Shown here: positions 51,056-63,598 of the stretch, piece after piece
How positions within the stretch are numbered: the stretch's first letter is position 1
How the letters are laid out: the number at the start of each line of letters is the position of its first letter
Assembly (NCBI RefSeq): GCF_018977255.1
Contig: NW_024704743.1
Location: forward strand, 46,192,001-46,256,000
DNA length: 64,000 nucleotides
Direction of reading: 5' to 3'
From: Callorhinchus milii
Lineage: Eukaryota
Notes under the pieces: generated by a model
The model's input: only the letters and a program-made list of their open reading frames with translations
What the model was told of the DNA's origin: nothing
Databases searched by the model: none
Position numbers and translations under genes: made by a program

Positions 51056-51479
51056 GGGGCGGTGCGGTGAGTGTGTGGAGGGGAGAGGGGGCTATGGAAG
51101 AGAGAGAGAAGCACTGGGGTGCGCATGGACTCAAAATATTCTGGAGGTTTTCATGAAAGGTTCTGAGCTTGCACAGTTCTAAAATTTAGAACATGCCTCA
51201 TGCCAAAACATGGCTGTCACACAGTATTTGCACAGTGCAATCAGATCTCCTGTACCCTGCAAAGATGTGACTGTTTTCGGTTAATCTGATACATGTGGAA
51301 ACTCATCACTATGAGTAAGAGTATCCAAACCAAACTGAGAGCTTCCACACATGTAAACCACCATATAAGATAAGATTAACTTTATCTTGTTCTCTTTTTT
51401 CCCTTTATGGTTGAATTTTATCTTACCCAATGTCCACATACCCAGTGCTCGCATATGTGCACTATCCAGGGAGATACAG

Positions 51480-51868
51480 CCTTGCCTTTCCTACCTCTGA
51501 CCTGCTAACCCCCTATCAACCTGTCCACTCCCTCTGTTCAAAAGGCTCCGGCCTGGTCCATGTCTCATGTCCGACCCACCCTACCATTGGTGGCCGGGCT
51601 TTCAGCCTCTCTGCCCCCCACCCTTCGGAACTCCCTCACACAATCCCTTCTCCTTGCTCCCTCTCTTGGCTCCTTCAAGGCATGACTCAAGACCTTCCTT
51701 TTCGACCGTGATTTCCGCTGCTATCCTACTTCCCTGCCTTTCCTCATCCCAACCCTGCCCCTCCCCACGCACCCCCCCCTCCCCGCTCCGGTTCTGATCC
51801 CAATTGTTCAGCACCTTGGGACATCCTCCCGATGTGAGAGGTGGTTTTCCAAATGTAATGTTGTTGTC
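51480..51868 (+). mobile_element. L2 3' fragment
   Basis: SDLLTPYQP...TIGGRAFS plus tail. Confidence 0.85.
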
Positions 51869-53859
51869 ATTGGCTAGCAAATGGGATCAGGAGCCTTGGC
51901 TGACTTTCTCCCCCCTGCTCCCTAGTCCAGTGGTGCTATGGTTAATTATAACACCCCAATGTTGGCTGATGTGTGACTCTGTGTTACGTTGCATGGCACC
52001 TTTATCTGAAAACCTCAATGACCTAAAAAAAAGCCACTGCCAAAGTAGCATTGTTCTGATGGACTAAAGCGACGTATAGCTATATTTGTGGTAGAAAATG
52101 TTACACAAATAATGTTTGACCAATTTCAGTAGTGTAATAATCCCTTTAAAAAAAGAAAATTTGGTCACTCAATCCATAAATGTTTATGGGACATTGCTGT
52201 GCATTTCACCCACAAATATACAATCACTACACTTTTCAATATATTCTGTGAAGCGCTTTGAGACGTCTTGAAGACTTGATAAGGCACTATATCAAATGCC
52301 AAGGTTATTATTATTGTAATGGCAGAATTAGTGCTCTGAGTTGTCCCAAAATGAAACCACTGTGTGTTATGTACACTTTGTTACTGTTAAATGTTGAAAT
52401 TCAGCTGATCTGAATGCATTTCAGCTCTGTTTACATAACAAGATCTCAATGAGCTTAGATCTGGGTGATCCAAAGTGGAAATAGTCACTTAGAATTTACT
52501 TTTCCCTGTGCCCTTATTCATTTCACGCATCAATTGATATTAAATCACCATTTTTTAAAACTTCTTTCAAAATCATTTGCCGAAGATTCACATTGAAACA
52601 TTTATAAAATTCTAATGCGAATCTCTTGCTTCACAGCTCAGCCTAAATCGACTTTGAAGTTGTGGTAGTTTTAATGTTGACCTCACATTCGATTAAATAG
52701 CTCTGCACTATGAATGCTGAGGATTTTACTCCAAATTAACTGAGTAAAAAATATAAACAACAAATATAATCTTTCTGCTTGCAACCAGAGTTTCAGCCTT
52801 TCAGCTTTGGATAAAATTGGTCATTCACTTTATAATTGTTTCTGGGACACATAGGATCAAATTTGCTAGTAAAACTTTTTTTTGTATTTTCCAAGGAATT
52901 TGCCTACAATATACAATTATTGTACTTTACAGTGTCCCCTTTGAAGTGCTTTGAGATGTCCTCCGAATATGAAAGCCATAGGTCAAATGCAATGATTATT
53001 ATTAATAATTGGATTGGAATAAACATAATGAAAGGAGAAGTTCTGAAATATTTCTTGGCCCTTATGATCTAGCCTTCCTGTGCACCTACACTCTGTTTAA
53101 TCAGAAGTGTTGTAAGATAGATACTAAGGCATAGACCAAGATTTTATATATTGCAATAAATACTAGTTATAAATAATATAAATATTAATATTATATATCC
53201 CAAGAAAAATAAATATGGCTAAAACAGAGACACCTGAACAAATTTGGTAAAATTGAATTTCTCAGTTATTTAAACGAATAGTCACTAGAGTCCAATTGGG
53301 TGATCTCTCTCCTTTCTTCTTTTCCAAAGCTATAAAAGTGAGGCTGTGCATGGTATGCACTGGATTAGCTGAAGAAATAGCATATTTTCCTCCAGTCATT
53401 GAAGAAGTTATTTCACAGTGTTCCTATTATAAACCTCACAACTAGGCCTTTGATATGTGATCCCTTTAAAGGGTTGTGCTTATAATCTGAATAACCATTC
53501 AATGTAATGTTAGACATTGTGAAATATAATGATAATAATCTTTCCATTTGACATAGCACCTTATCGCATTATCAAGATTTCTCAAAATGCTTCACAAGAT
53601 ATGCTATAAACTAGTGATTGTATATTTGTAGTCAAAGGTGACAGCAAATTTGTGCACAATGTGTCCCACAAACAGTCATGAAGTGAATGATCAATTTTAT
53701 CAGATAGACAATCGTATGAGTTGAAAAGTGTGACAGTGATATTGTCACTTATCACTTATGATATTGTCACTTGAATATGCTTATCACATTCTTGAAAATT
53801 AAGGTTGATCCAATCTATAAAGACTGAATAAGTGTGATCGCTGCTCCCAATGGACACCT

Positions 53860-54275
53860 CATCTTGAGGTCCCTGGTGTCTGCCATTGGAGTTCTGCCCA
53901 TATAATGTGGCACTTGACTACTATTTTATGGGATACCAGATTGTCTGGGATTGAATTGAAGCAACACTCAAATGCTGTACTCTGTGGGCAGTAATTCCAA
54001 TGTACCAAAGTTGGCGGAGGAGGAGTTACATATCTGTGGCCAATCTTCATTTAATAACTGATTTGACCAATGTGATAATCATCACCAGTAATAAATGTCA
54101 CATCACATGTCACAATTTTCCACCTTATACATACTGATTTAAATACTTGTTCATCTCTCCTGTCAGAATTTATTGGCATCTTTGTGTTGAATGGATCTTT
54201 CCCAACTATAACAAATCCATCTATCTCACCTTCTGCACTGTAACAAAAACAATTCCTCTGAACAATTTCCACCAA
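53860..54275 (+). pseudogene. Possible highly decayed Tc1-like transposase
   Basis: In shifting frames: W..AH..W...ILWD, KVGGGGVT and EWIFPNYN, in the order of Tc1 VLWSDE, KHGGGSVMVW and WIFQQDN. Confidence 0.3.
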
Positions 54276-54276
54276 A

Positions 54277-54440
54277 TCATAGAATCATAAAATCATATAG
54301 AATCATAGAATCATAGAATCGTACAGCACAAAAATAGGCCATTCGGCCCATCGAGCCTGTGCTGGCTCTTCGAAAAGAGCAATGTTATGTCAATCCCACT
54401 CCCCAGCCCTTTCCCCATAACCCTGCAAACCCTGCAATCC
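54277..54440 (-). mobile_element. CR1 extreme 3' end with (ATTCTATG)n octamer tail
   Basis: aatcatagaatcat repeats and ggccattcggcccatcgag. Confidence 0.88.
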
Positions 54441-54879
54441 TCTGCAAGGGTAGATGGATCTGGGTTTGATGTGCTTCCTGTCCTCCATCTAAAAGCTTTA
54501 CATATTTACCAAAGAGAGAAAAGGGAATTCTTGGTCAGATGGGCATCATTTCTTGTCCAAGGGCATTTCATTTCTTGTCTCAGGGTTTGCCCACAATGGA
54601 CATCCTGCGTTTAAGTCTTGGTGGTAGGTAGCTATCTCCAGGGCTTGTTAAAAGGGTATATAACAGAATAGGGAAGCAATTGCATTTATAATAATAATAA
54701 TCCTTGCATTTGATATAGAACCTTGTCATGTCTTCGAGACATCTCTATTCACAGAATATACTGTAAAGTGAAATATTATTATAAAGTGAATTGACTCTAT
54801 ATTTTTGTGGGCCAAACTTTTATGATCCAAAATTGTCTTTCCACTGAAAAACACACTGAAGCCAAATAAAAACGATAAG

Positions 54880-55103
54880 TCTAAAGCTCCACCTAGTCTT
54901 AACCTATGTTGTCTTAAAATTTAAGATTGCGCAAAATTGTGCACAATTCTTAAATTGGGTCTAAATTTGTAAGCATTTTTTAAGTGTTGCAAAAAAATGG
55001 TTTTTAAGTTTAGACTGATTATAAGAATTTTCCACAATTCTGCACAATCATAAATCTTAAGACAAATTAGTCTCATAGGCTAAGAAATGGAAAATTGGGC
55101 CCA
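54880..55103. mobile_element. Palindromic MITE (TTAAGAC/GTCTTAA family, Harbinger-like GGGCCCAATTT end); related copies ~31100-31205, 33540-33750, 57035-57262, 63410-63962
   Basis: Self-complementary arms (gtcttaaaatttaagattg...cacaattct / tccacaattctgcacaatc...ttaagacaa) shared among the copies. Confidence 0.7.
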
Positions 55104-55559
55104 AATAGCTTAATTTTTCTTGAAAAGAAATAATTCATGGGGTGGTGGGGAGGAATGTGACATTGCCTAACAAATTTGATTGTTATCAAATGTATTATCA
55201 AATTTGTTATAATTCCTAAAGACTTTGTGCTGGATTTGAAAAGCCATCTCCTATCATTTTTATTTATCTTCAGTGTGATACCATCAACACTCTTGAGAAG
55301 CTATCCTGCATGGAAAGAGCTATGTAAGTGCAAGTTGTTTTCAATGGAAAGACAATTTGGGATCATAAATGCAAATACCTCCCGGCCCTGATAAATACTC
55401 CTCCCCTGAACCTTGGATATTTCTACCTAATGCGAAAGTCAGGTAGAGTAACTGTCAGGGTATAAAACAGACTGCTTACTGAAAAATCCTTTTATAAGCC
55501 TTTCATATCTGTAAGATGTCTTTGCATGTTGTCTAGATTGATGAAATGAAAACCTGTAT

Positions 55560-55860
55560 GCTGATGGCAAGGATCTAACTGAAATGAATTTGGGAGGCAT
55601 CAGGCTAGTTACCAAGTGGTCTGCATCTATAGCACATTACTGGCCGCAATTCAGCAAGTCTTGGCACCAAGTTGGCCATCTCATTGAGAAAGGTTGTAAG
55701 GATGGTGCAGAAAATGGAGATATTATGACGGAAAATGCTGTTCTGAGGATAAAATTAAAACAGAGAGTAGAGGGAGCATTATTCCACATGTGGCCTTTCT
55801 GTTTCTGATTTGGGAGTGCTTGAGGCTGACACTAGTTTCCGAAAGTGGAAAACCTTAGAT
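55560..55860 (+). mobile_element. LF-SINE-like relic
   Basis: tgaaatgaatttggg...ttggcacc...agagtagagggagc...tgggagtgcttgaggctgacact follows the LF-SINE body as I recall it. Confidence 0.6.
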
Positions 55861-55883
55861 ATTCTGGGCCTTCATGACATATA

Positions 55884-56460
55884 CAGTGGAAGCTGCTTTA
55901 ACCGAACAATAGTTAACGTTGAACGCCACGTAGGTTGATCAAAACGCCTGGTCCCGATTCATTTGTATTCTTACCTGTTTTAAATACGTTGGTTAATTCG
56001 TAAAACAATACGATTAATCTGGAAACATTCCCACGCTGGTCACCACTGAATGTACTCACTCAGGCCTTCTGTGTCTCACGTCACTCCAGGAAGGAGATAG
56101 GAGGAGTCAAATTGCGATTGATTGACAGGGGACTCCAGCCATTCACAAGCAGCTGGAGTTGGGCTGTCAATCAGTGAGGAGGTGGAGGAACAGGAAGAAA
56201 CAAGGGAGGAAATGGGAGGAGTGAAATTGCTGGAGCAGTTGCTGAATGGGTGAAGTGCCCATTCACAGTGGCTGCAGGTTGTCAATCACCTTGGAACCAC
56301 CATTAATTGGTTCCCTTCCCGTCCAATAGGAACGTTAATGGGAGGGAGGCGGTGCCACTGCTGGGTGGGAAGAGGTAATGGTATTTCTGCTAACCTCGCT
56401 TGTTGCTTAAGTTGGACAAAACGTCCGTCCCCAATGTGTCCAGCTTAACGTCTTCCACTG
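55884..56460. mobile_element. Non-autonomous Tc1/mariner-superfamily (pogo/Tigger-like) element
   Basis: TA-CAGTGGAAG ... CTTCCACTG-TA: terminal inverted repeats with TA TSD; subterminal caaaacg...gtccc repeats. Confidence 0.85.
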
Positions 56461-57034
56461 TACATGATAAATAAAATAGATTTATTAAAATCAAATATTT
56501 CCGAATATAAATTTAAAGTTCAAAACTGAAATGGCTTACTCATTGTAAGTGAATTCTTCCATGTTATAGTATTAACACTATTGTTTCAGTAACTTAATGA
56601 TGACACAGAGAAACCCTGTTATAACGACCTTCCTCCTCCAGTGGAACACTGTCTCACTTAGAGCTATGAGTCTACTGTGGACCTTCACTAACTGGAGGTG
56701 TGGTACACCTGGCACTGATTTCCATACTAAAATATATCTGGTATCAGGGTCATTGAGTTGCCGCATGTGTTACGGGACATTGTGCACACGCACATTATAC
56801 ACAGGAAGTTTTGCATTTGTCACTTGCTGTGCATAATGCAGGAAGTGATGTAATTGGTGACCTGAAGGCCTGAAAGTTAGCCCTTTTTAACCCTTTGCTT
56901 AGAATGCAGTTGAACCTAGTGGACTGTTTCTACCATCATCAGTATGACAATGCATGAGATGAAAATGTACCAAACCCATTGGCCAAGGGAACTAGTTGTA
57001 CCTGTAAGTAATCAAATAGTTGTTTCTGCATCTA

Positions 57035-57262
57035 AGATCCCAAATTCCACCTAACTTGTAAAACTATTTGCCTTAAAATTTAAGATCATGCAGAATTGTG
57101 AAACAAATCTTCAATTCAGATTTAACTTAGAAGCCAGTTTTTTTTTAAGAACTGTGAAAGTTGGCTTCCAACTGAGACTGAATTTAGGAATTATCCACAA
57201 TTCTGGGCAGCCTTAAAGTTTAAGACAAATTGATCTTTGGGATAACACTAAAATTTCAGGTC
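57035..57262. mobile_element. Palindromic MITE, same family as 54880-55103
   Basis: cttaaaatttaagat...cagaattgtg ... cacaattctg...cttaaagtttaag. Confidence 0.7.
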
Positions 57263-59969
57263 TGCAGGCTTTACGAGATTAAGCAGCAATACATTACATT
57301 AACAGTTCTCAATGCTGTTAGGAGTATCTATCTCTGGGATTCACTCCACAGCACATAGTCAGCTAAAGAGTGCAGAAGGATTTGAGGCCCTTATGTAATT
57401 TATGGAATACATATGAGCACAGGCTCTCATTGACTCTGATGAAGTTAACTATTAGGCCAGGGTGATATTTCCCTGTGATCTCCATTTAATCAGACATACA
57501 GTTGATTAGATTCCAAATCTATTCAAGCTTAGAAACCTTATGCTCTGGGTTTTGTTTTAAACATTTTGCTATCCCGCAGAGTGCATGTGTTTTTTAACAA
57601 TGCACAGTTGTACGGTTTGAGAAAAATGGTGCAATCTTTCTGTGATTATAGTGACGGGGGGTGTGGGGTGTGGGGGGAAGGCAGAAGAATTCCTCCTCAT
57701 TTAAGGCGCTTTTATCCTCAGATACTGTTCCAAAGGTCTATGTCACAATGTGAAACCTTGCCCAAGTGGTCGTTCTTCACTTGTCAGCTTAGACAATGAG
57801 TGCATGCAGCCTGTTCAACATTGCTGTTCTCATCCGATGCCCATACACGCACACCTCCAGTAGAGGTCACTGGATAATCAGAAGCAGAAAGCCTTGCGGA
57901 TATTTCTGCACCCCCTCCCCACCTCCAATTGTGGTCCCCAAACATCCCAGCTACACTTAGTACTTTTCTGAAAATGTTGCACTGCCCTGCTCTTAGCTGC
58001 CAAAATATATCGCAGAACCCAGATCAAAAAAACACAGCTCAATTCTGACATACCAGTCAGCAATTGCAAGTTTGAGGAGAGATTCCAATTGATGACGTGC
58101 TCTAAACTTCTTTATTAGATTAGTCTTGAAGCTTCCTATTATTCAACCACCTTATCAATTTTTTTTGTTTGTTTCTTTCATATAAGTCTCCAGTGAATGG
58201 TAGGGCTTTGCTGTCCTCGGATTGTAACTGGGGATAACATGCATTTACTGTTTCTCGGTGGAAATTTAATCAGTATTAGATGTGTCAAGAAAGATCTGAT
58301 ACCAATCGCCCAGTGTGCATTTGTTCCACCTCACTGCATTTTTGCTGTGGTACCATTCACTGTTTTTCTATTCCTCGAATTATTAAGCTTGTCCATTAAA
58401 CCTGTTTCATTACCACTATGATGGAGTAAAATACAGAAAGCAACTGGGGTTGACTTGTCATTTCACTAAAAAAATGTAGATTCTGACTTAAAATCTATTT
58501 AATTGTCTGAAAATATAGTATTTGAGGGGGAAATCTTGTACTTCTTACCTGTTTAATAACCATTTTAATAACAATCCTTGTATTTGGTAAAGCGCCTTAT
58601 CATGTCGGAGGGACCTCTCAAACTGCTTCACAGGATTTATTGTGAAATGACTGAGTGATTGTGTATTTGTAGGCAATTGTGCACAGTAATGTCCCACAAA
58701 CAGCCATGATTTCACTGAATGAACAATTTTATTTGGAGAATTGTAGGGACATCCTCCCGACTTGAAAACCGCTATATAAATGCAATTTTGTTGTTGTTGG
58801 ACACTGGAAGAATACTCTTCTCTTTTTGAATAATGCCATGGAATCTGAACAGGCAGATGGGACCTCGGTTTTGTGTGAATGGAACTACCATACTCCACAT
58901 AAGGAGCTACCACAAAAGAGCACATTTATGACAAACACGTCTACACTATTATCTGCTCCTCCAATTACACATATTATTTTTTAGTAGATAGGGCATGCAA
59001 GCAAGGTGCTCCCATTGCTGCTATGTAAGAATAGTAACCACACACCTTCACAGTACAAAAGTTTTCCAGCTAGGACCAACCTGCCTTTGTCATCTTTGAC
59101 TTCCATGTATGAAGACATGCTTTCACCTCCAGGTATCATTGATGAGCCGGACTACCATGCATTTAGATTACTGCAGGTCTGCCAGTTGATGTTGGGGGAG
59201 ATCCTCCTTAACTCAAATGAGCACAATTATTCATTTTATCCACCGTGAGTGAAAAGCTGAGCAGATTCAAACTGCTGCCCACACGACTTCATGGGCTCTG
59301 TTGCTCTGTGTCTGTTCCTAGTTGGCTTTGGGCAGCAATAATAATAACAATAATCCTTGCATTTGACATAGTATCATGTTGTTGAATCATATCAAACAGC
59401 TTCACAGGATTTTGATTTTATGGTGTAGTGACTATATGACTGGACTGGAGAAAGGCAGATGTTACTCCTATTTTTAAGAAAGGTAACAAAAGTGACCCAG
59501 GAAACTGCAGATCAGTAAGTTTGACGTCCATTGTGGGTAAAATTATGGAGACTTTTATTAAGGATAAAATCTTGGAGCATCTGGACAGAAATAAAATCAT
59601 AAATGATAGCCAATATGGGTTCATGAAGGGGAGATCTTGCCAATCTAATTTACTAGTTTTCTTTGAGGGTGTGATAAAGGAGCTTGATAAGCATAAGGGT
59701 GTGGATGTTGCATATTTGGATTTCAGTAAGGCCTTTAATACAGTTCCTCTTGAGAGGCTGGTACTGAAAGTAAAGAAAGCGGGAATCAGTGGAGGTTTAT
59801 TACAATAGATACGCAATGTTACCAGTGGAGTTCCAAAAGGATCTGTCTTGGGACTCTTTGTTTAATATATTTATAAATGATCTGGAACTAAGAGTCGCAA
59901 GCACAGTCACTAAGTTTGCAGATGATACCAAGCTAATGAAGGTGGTAGATTGCGAAGCTGAACAAGATA

Positions 59970-60783
59970 ATAATAAAATAATAATAATCCTTGCATTTGA
60001 TATAGCGCTTTTCACGTCTTCTAGATGTCTAGAAGCGTTTCACAGAATATACTGTAAAATGAATTGACATCTTCATTACATCGAGGCTTGACTATGCAAA
60101 CTCACTGCTTGTTGGCCTCCCCAACTCCTTCCTCCACAGCCTGCAGATCATCCAGAACTCTGCAGCCCATGTTCTTTCCCGCACCAGGTTCCACGACCCT
60201 ATCACCCCCATCCTTGCCCAACTCCACTGGCTTCCCATCACACAGAGGATACAGTTCAAGATCCTAGTCCTCACCTTCAAAGCCCTCTATGGTCTTGCTC
60301 CCCACTGCCTCGCCGACCTCCTAACCCCCTACCACCCTGTTCGCTCCCTCTGCTCGGCGGACTCCGGCCTGCTTCACATCCCCCGCCTTGCTCGCCCCAA
60401 TATTGGCGGGCGGGCCTTCCGCCACTCTGCACCCACCCTCTGGAACTCCATCCCGCAGTCCCTCCATCTTGCCCCCTCCCTCACCACCTTCAAGACCCTC
60501 CTCTTTGACCGTGCTTTCGATCTCCCTGCTTCCCCTCCTGCCCTCCACCCTCTCCCACCCCGACCCCAGCTCGGGTCTGTAATTCTGTCTGTCCAGCACT
60601 TTGGGACGTCCTTGCGACATGAAAGGCGCTATACAAATTTAATTTTGTTGTTGTTGACTGTATATTTGTGGGCGAAACGTGGCAGCCAATTGCACACAAC
60701 AGTGTCCCACAAACAGTCGTGGATTGAGTGACCAAATCATTATTTTTTTTTCTTGAGGGATTATTATCAACCTGTTATCCTGT
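59970..60783 (-). mobile_element. 5'-truncated tRNA-Deu SINE inserted in CR1 and itself split by an L2
   Basis: TSD AACAAGATA at 59961-59969 and 60784-60792. Confidence 0.9.
60069..60653 (+). mobile_element. Young L2 3' fragment inserted in the SINE
   Basis: FITSRLDYANSLLVGLP...LHWLPITQRIQFKIL; TTGAC duplication at 60064-60068 and 60654-60658. Confidence 0.93.
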
Positions 60784-61128
60784 AACAAGATAGGTTATAG
60801 GAGGATTTGAACATACTTGGAAATTGGGCAGATGGCGGCAGATGAAATTCAATGTGGAGGAATGCAAAGTACAGGGCAAAAAATCCTGGAAAAGACTATT
60901 ATTTGAATGGAAGGAAAATAATATGTATAAAAAATTAAAGGCCTGATTGAATAATAAATTGAAGTTCTCCCAACAATGTTCTGTGACAGTAAATAAAGCA
61001 AACCAGATATTGGGATGTATTAAAGATCAATAATGGGGTAATCCTACCACTCTATAAATCATTGGTGAGACCATGTTAGAGTACTGTGTACAGTTCTGGT
61101 CACCGCAGTACAAAAAGGATATTGGAGA

Positions 61129-61195
61129 ACAACAACAACAACAACAACAAGATTCCATTTATAAAGCGCCTTTCACGTCAGGAGGACGTCCCAAA
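61129..61195 (-). mobile_element. Ultra-short L2 tail insertion in CR1
   Basis: (CAA)n plus antisense stem-loop tail, placed between CR1 codons KKDI and IEKIQRRATRM. Confidence 0.85.
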
Positions 61196-61702
61196 ATCGA
61201 GAAGATACAGAGGAGGGCAACCAGAATGACTGAGGGAATGGAGGGCCTGGACTAAGAGAAACGACTAAGTAAATTGGGCATGTTCACTCTGGAAAAGAGA
61301 AGATTGAGAGACAACATGATTGCTGTCTTTAAGATTCTAAAGGGGCTAAACAATATAGTTCATGACAGGCTATTTCAACTTGTCCAGAATAGTAAAACCA
61401 GAGGACACAGCCTGCGATTGATGTGGGGTAAATTCAGAATGAATCCACTCAAACACTATTTTAGTGAGCGAACAGTGAACCTGTAGAACAGACTTCCTAG
61501 GGAAATGATTGAAGAAGGAAGTGTTGATTCTTTCAAACACAAATTAGATAGTTTTCTTTTAGGAAATAACATTATGGTATATAGGTAGTTCGGGACGTAT
61601 ATGTGCATGCGACCACCAGGAAGTTGGAAGGTGAACTAGATGGACTTTGGTCTTTTTTCTTCTAGCATTTCTTATGTTCTTATGTATGCATTTAACCAAA
61701 GA

Positions 61703-62470
61703 ACCATAGAAATTTTCAGTACAGAAGAAACCATTCAGTTCATTGTGTCTGTGCCAGCTCTTCTAAGCACAATCCTTACAGTTACGTTTACCTGCCCTTT
61801 CCCCATCCCACTGTAGTTCAGTCATTTTTAAATATTTAGCTTGTTCTCTTTGGAAAGCTAATATGGATTCTACCTCAACCACCTCTCCTGGCAGGGCATT
61901 TCATATTCTAACCACTCTATGCATAAAAAAATTCTCTGAAATTGATGCTCTCTAGTCACTGACCCGCTGAACAATAGACATAATTTCTCCCTATTGATTC
62001 TATCAAGGAGTCCTGTAGCGAATTGGTTAGAGCGCTCGCCTCACAAGCGATAAGACCCCAGGTTCGATTTCCGGCCAAGGAGAAACCTTAGGCAAGTTTT
62101 CTTACTCCACACACCTCTGTTTACCAAGATGTAAGTAAGAAATTGGTTGTCGATCGATTGTGAATTGCTTTCCAGGGGTAATACTCATTGCAAAAACAAA
62201 TAATAATTTGGTCATTCAATCCTTGACTATTTGTGGGATATTGCTATGTGCAATTGACTGCTACATTTCACCCACAAAAATATACAATAAATTCACTTTA
62301 CAGTATATTCTGTGAAGCAATTTGAGATGTCTTGATGATGTGATAAGGAACTATATTGAATGCAAGGGTTATTATTATTAAAACCCCTCATAATTTTAAA
62401 GACCACTATGAGGTCACCCCTCAACTTTGTTCCAACAGGAAAAAATCACATTCCTTTCATCTCTGCTTAT
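61703..62470 (-). mobile_element. Old CR1 3' end interrupted by a SINE
   Basis: catagaa tail; ctatcaa | aaaacccctcataatttt continues across the SINE. Confidence 0.8.
62007..62379 (+). mobile_element. Full-length tRNA-SINE, long subtype (Val-CAC-like head)
   Basis: CTCGC-CTCACAA-GCGAT arm, GGTTCGATTTCC B box, extra ctgtttacc...ttccagggg segment. Confidence 0.9.
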
Positions 62471-63598
62471 AAGGCAAACAACTCATTTGCAGTAATTCCC
62501 TCTAAGCCCCTTATTTGCAGGTGAAGTTTTTCTTCTTATACCTCCCTATAGAGAAGCATGGGTGAAAGTGGGAACCAGAACGATATTTGTTCACTTTTTT
62601 TTATTTTAGTTTTTTTGCTCTAATGTTTTGAGCAATTGTATGTTGAACAGTGGTAACAAATCCCTTGCTGGAATAAGTGCGCAGATTGCCAGTGATTACT
62701 TGTGAATGACAACTGGTATATCAGCTTCCTGCCTTACAATGGACCCCTGAACAGATGTTCAGGACAAGGTGGTAATACTATAAATGATAGACAACACTAA
62801 AGAGGCAGTGCACTCTCTGTTTTATTACTATAATCACTAAAGGCAAAGCAGACTATTGATTCAAAATTCCTAATGCCACCTTCAAAGAAGGTACTTTACA
62901 TGCTTGACATAGCACATAACAAAATCTATTTCTCAATGCATTCTTATGTAACATAAGATGTCTGGAGCATTTTCAAACAAAGGTTGTATGTAGATTTGAT
63001 GGGTTTGTTGATAACAATACACCTCCGCCCAACAACTGGTGCCTTGTGCATTGTTTGCATTAATCACCTCATACTATGCTGGCAGTCAGGATTTGTTGGT
63101 GATTATAACCATACAGTCTCTTTCTAATTTATAATTTAAATTCACCCTGAAAAATTCATTTAATTTGACTACTCATCTCATTGTTGCTTGTGGGACCTTC
63201 CTGGCACAGATTGTCTACTGCATGTGCAACTTGTTGTTGGATTGAATAATAATCCTTGCGTTTGCATGCATAGCAACAAAGATATGAAAGATGTTAGGCA
63301 AACCCAAGTTGCTGTACTGATGGTTTTCATTGTGTTGGTATCTCATTCTTGATATCCATTTTATTTCCGGTATTTTGTCCTTTTTGTGACTTTCTGCCTC
63401 CACATTCTCATTCCTGCTAGTCTTAGCTCATAGGATCATGTTTGTCTTCAAATTTAAGACTGTGCGACTGTAGTAAAATCTTACATTCAGCCGTATTTCA
63501 GTCAGATTTCTGCAGTTCTTAAAAACAGCTAAGCTAAGGCTGAATTTAAGAATTTTGTCAAATTATGCGTTATCTTAAATTTGAAGACAAAGTGTTGT

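Larger units (their letters stand above)
59430..61685 (+). mobile_element. CR1 LINE (RT to 3' end) hosting nested insertions
   Basis: WRKADVTPIFKKG, QYGFMKGRSC, VDVAYLDFSKAF, KFADDTKL, LEYCVQFWSP; TTCTTATG tail. Confidence 0.95.

Noticed and set aside
53737..53773. TGATATTGTCACTT repeated twice
   Set aside because: Simple slippage duplication.
61073..61255. Poly-Q ORF
   Set aside because: The (CAA)n tail of an antisense L2 insertion within CR1.
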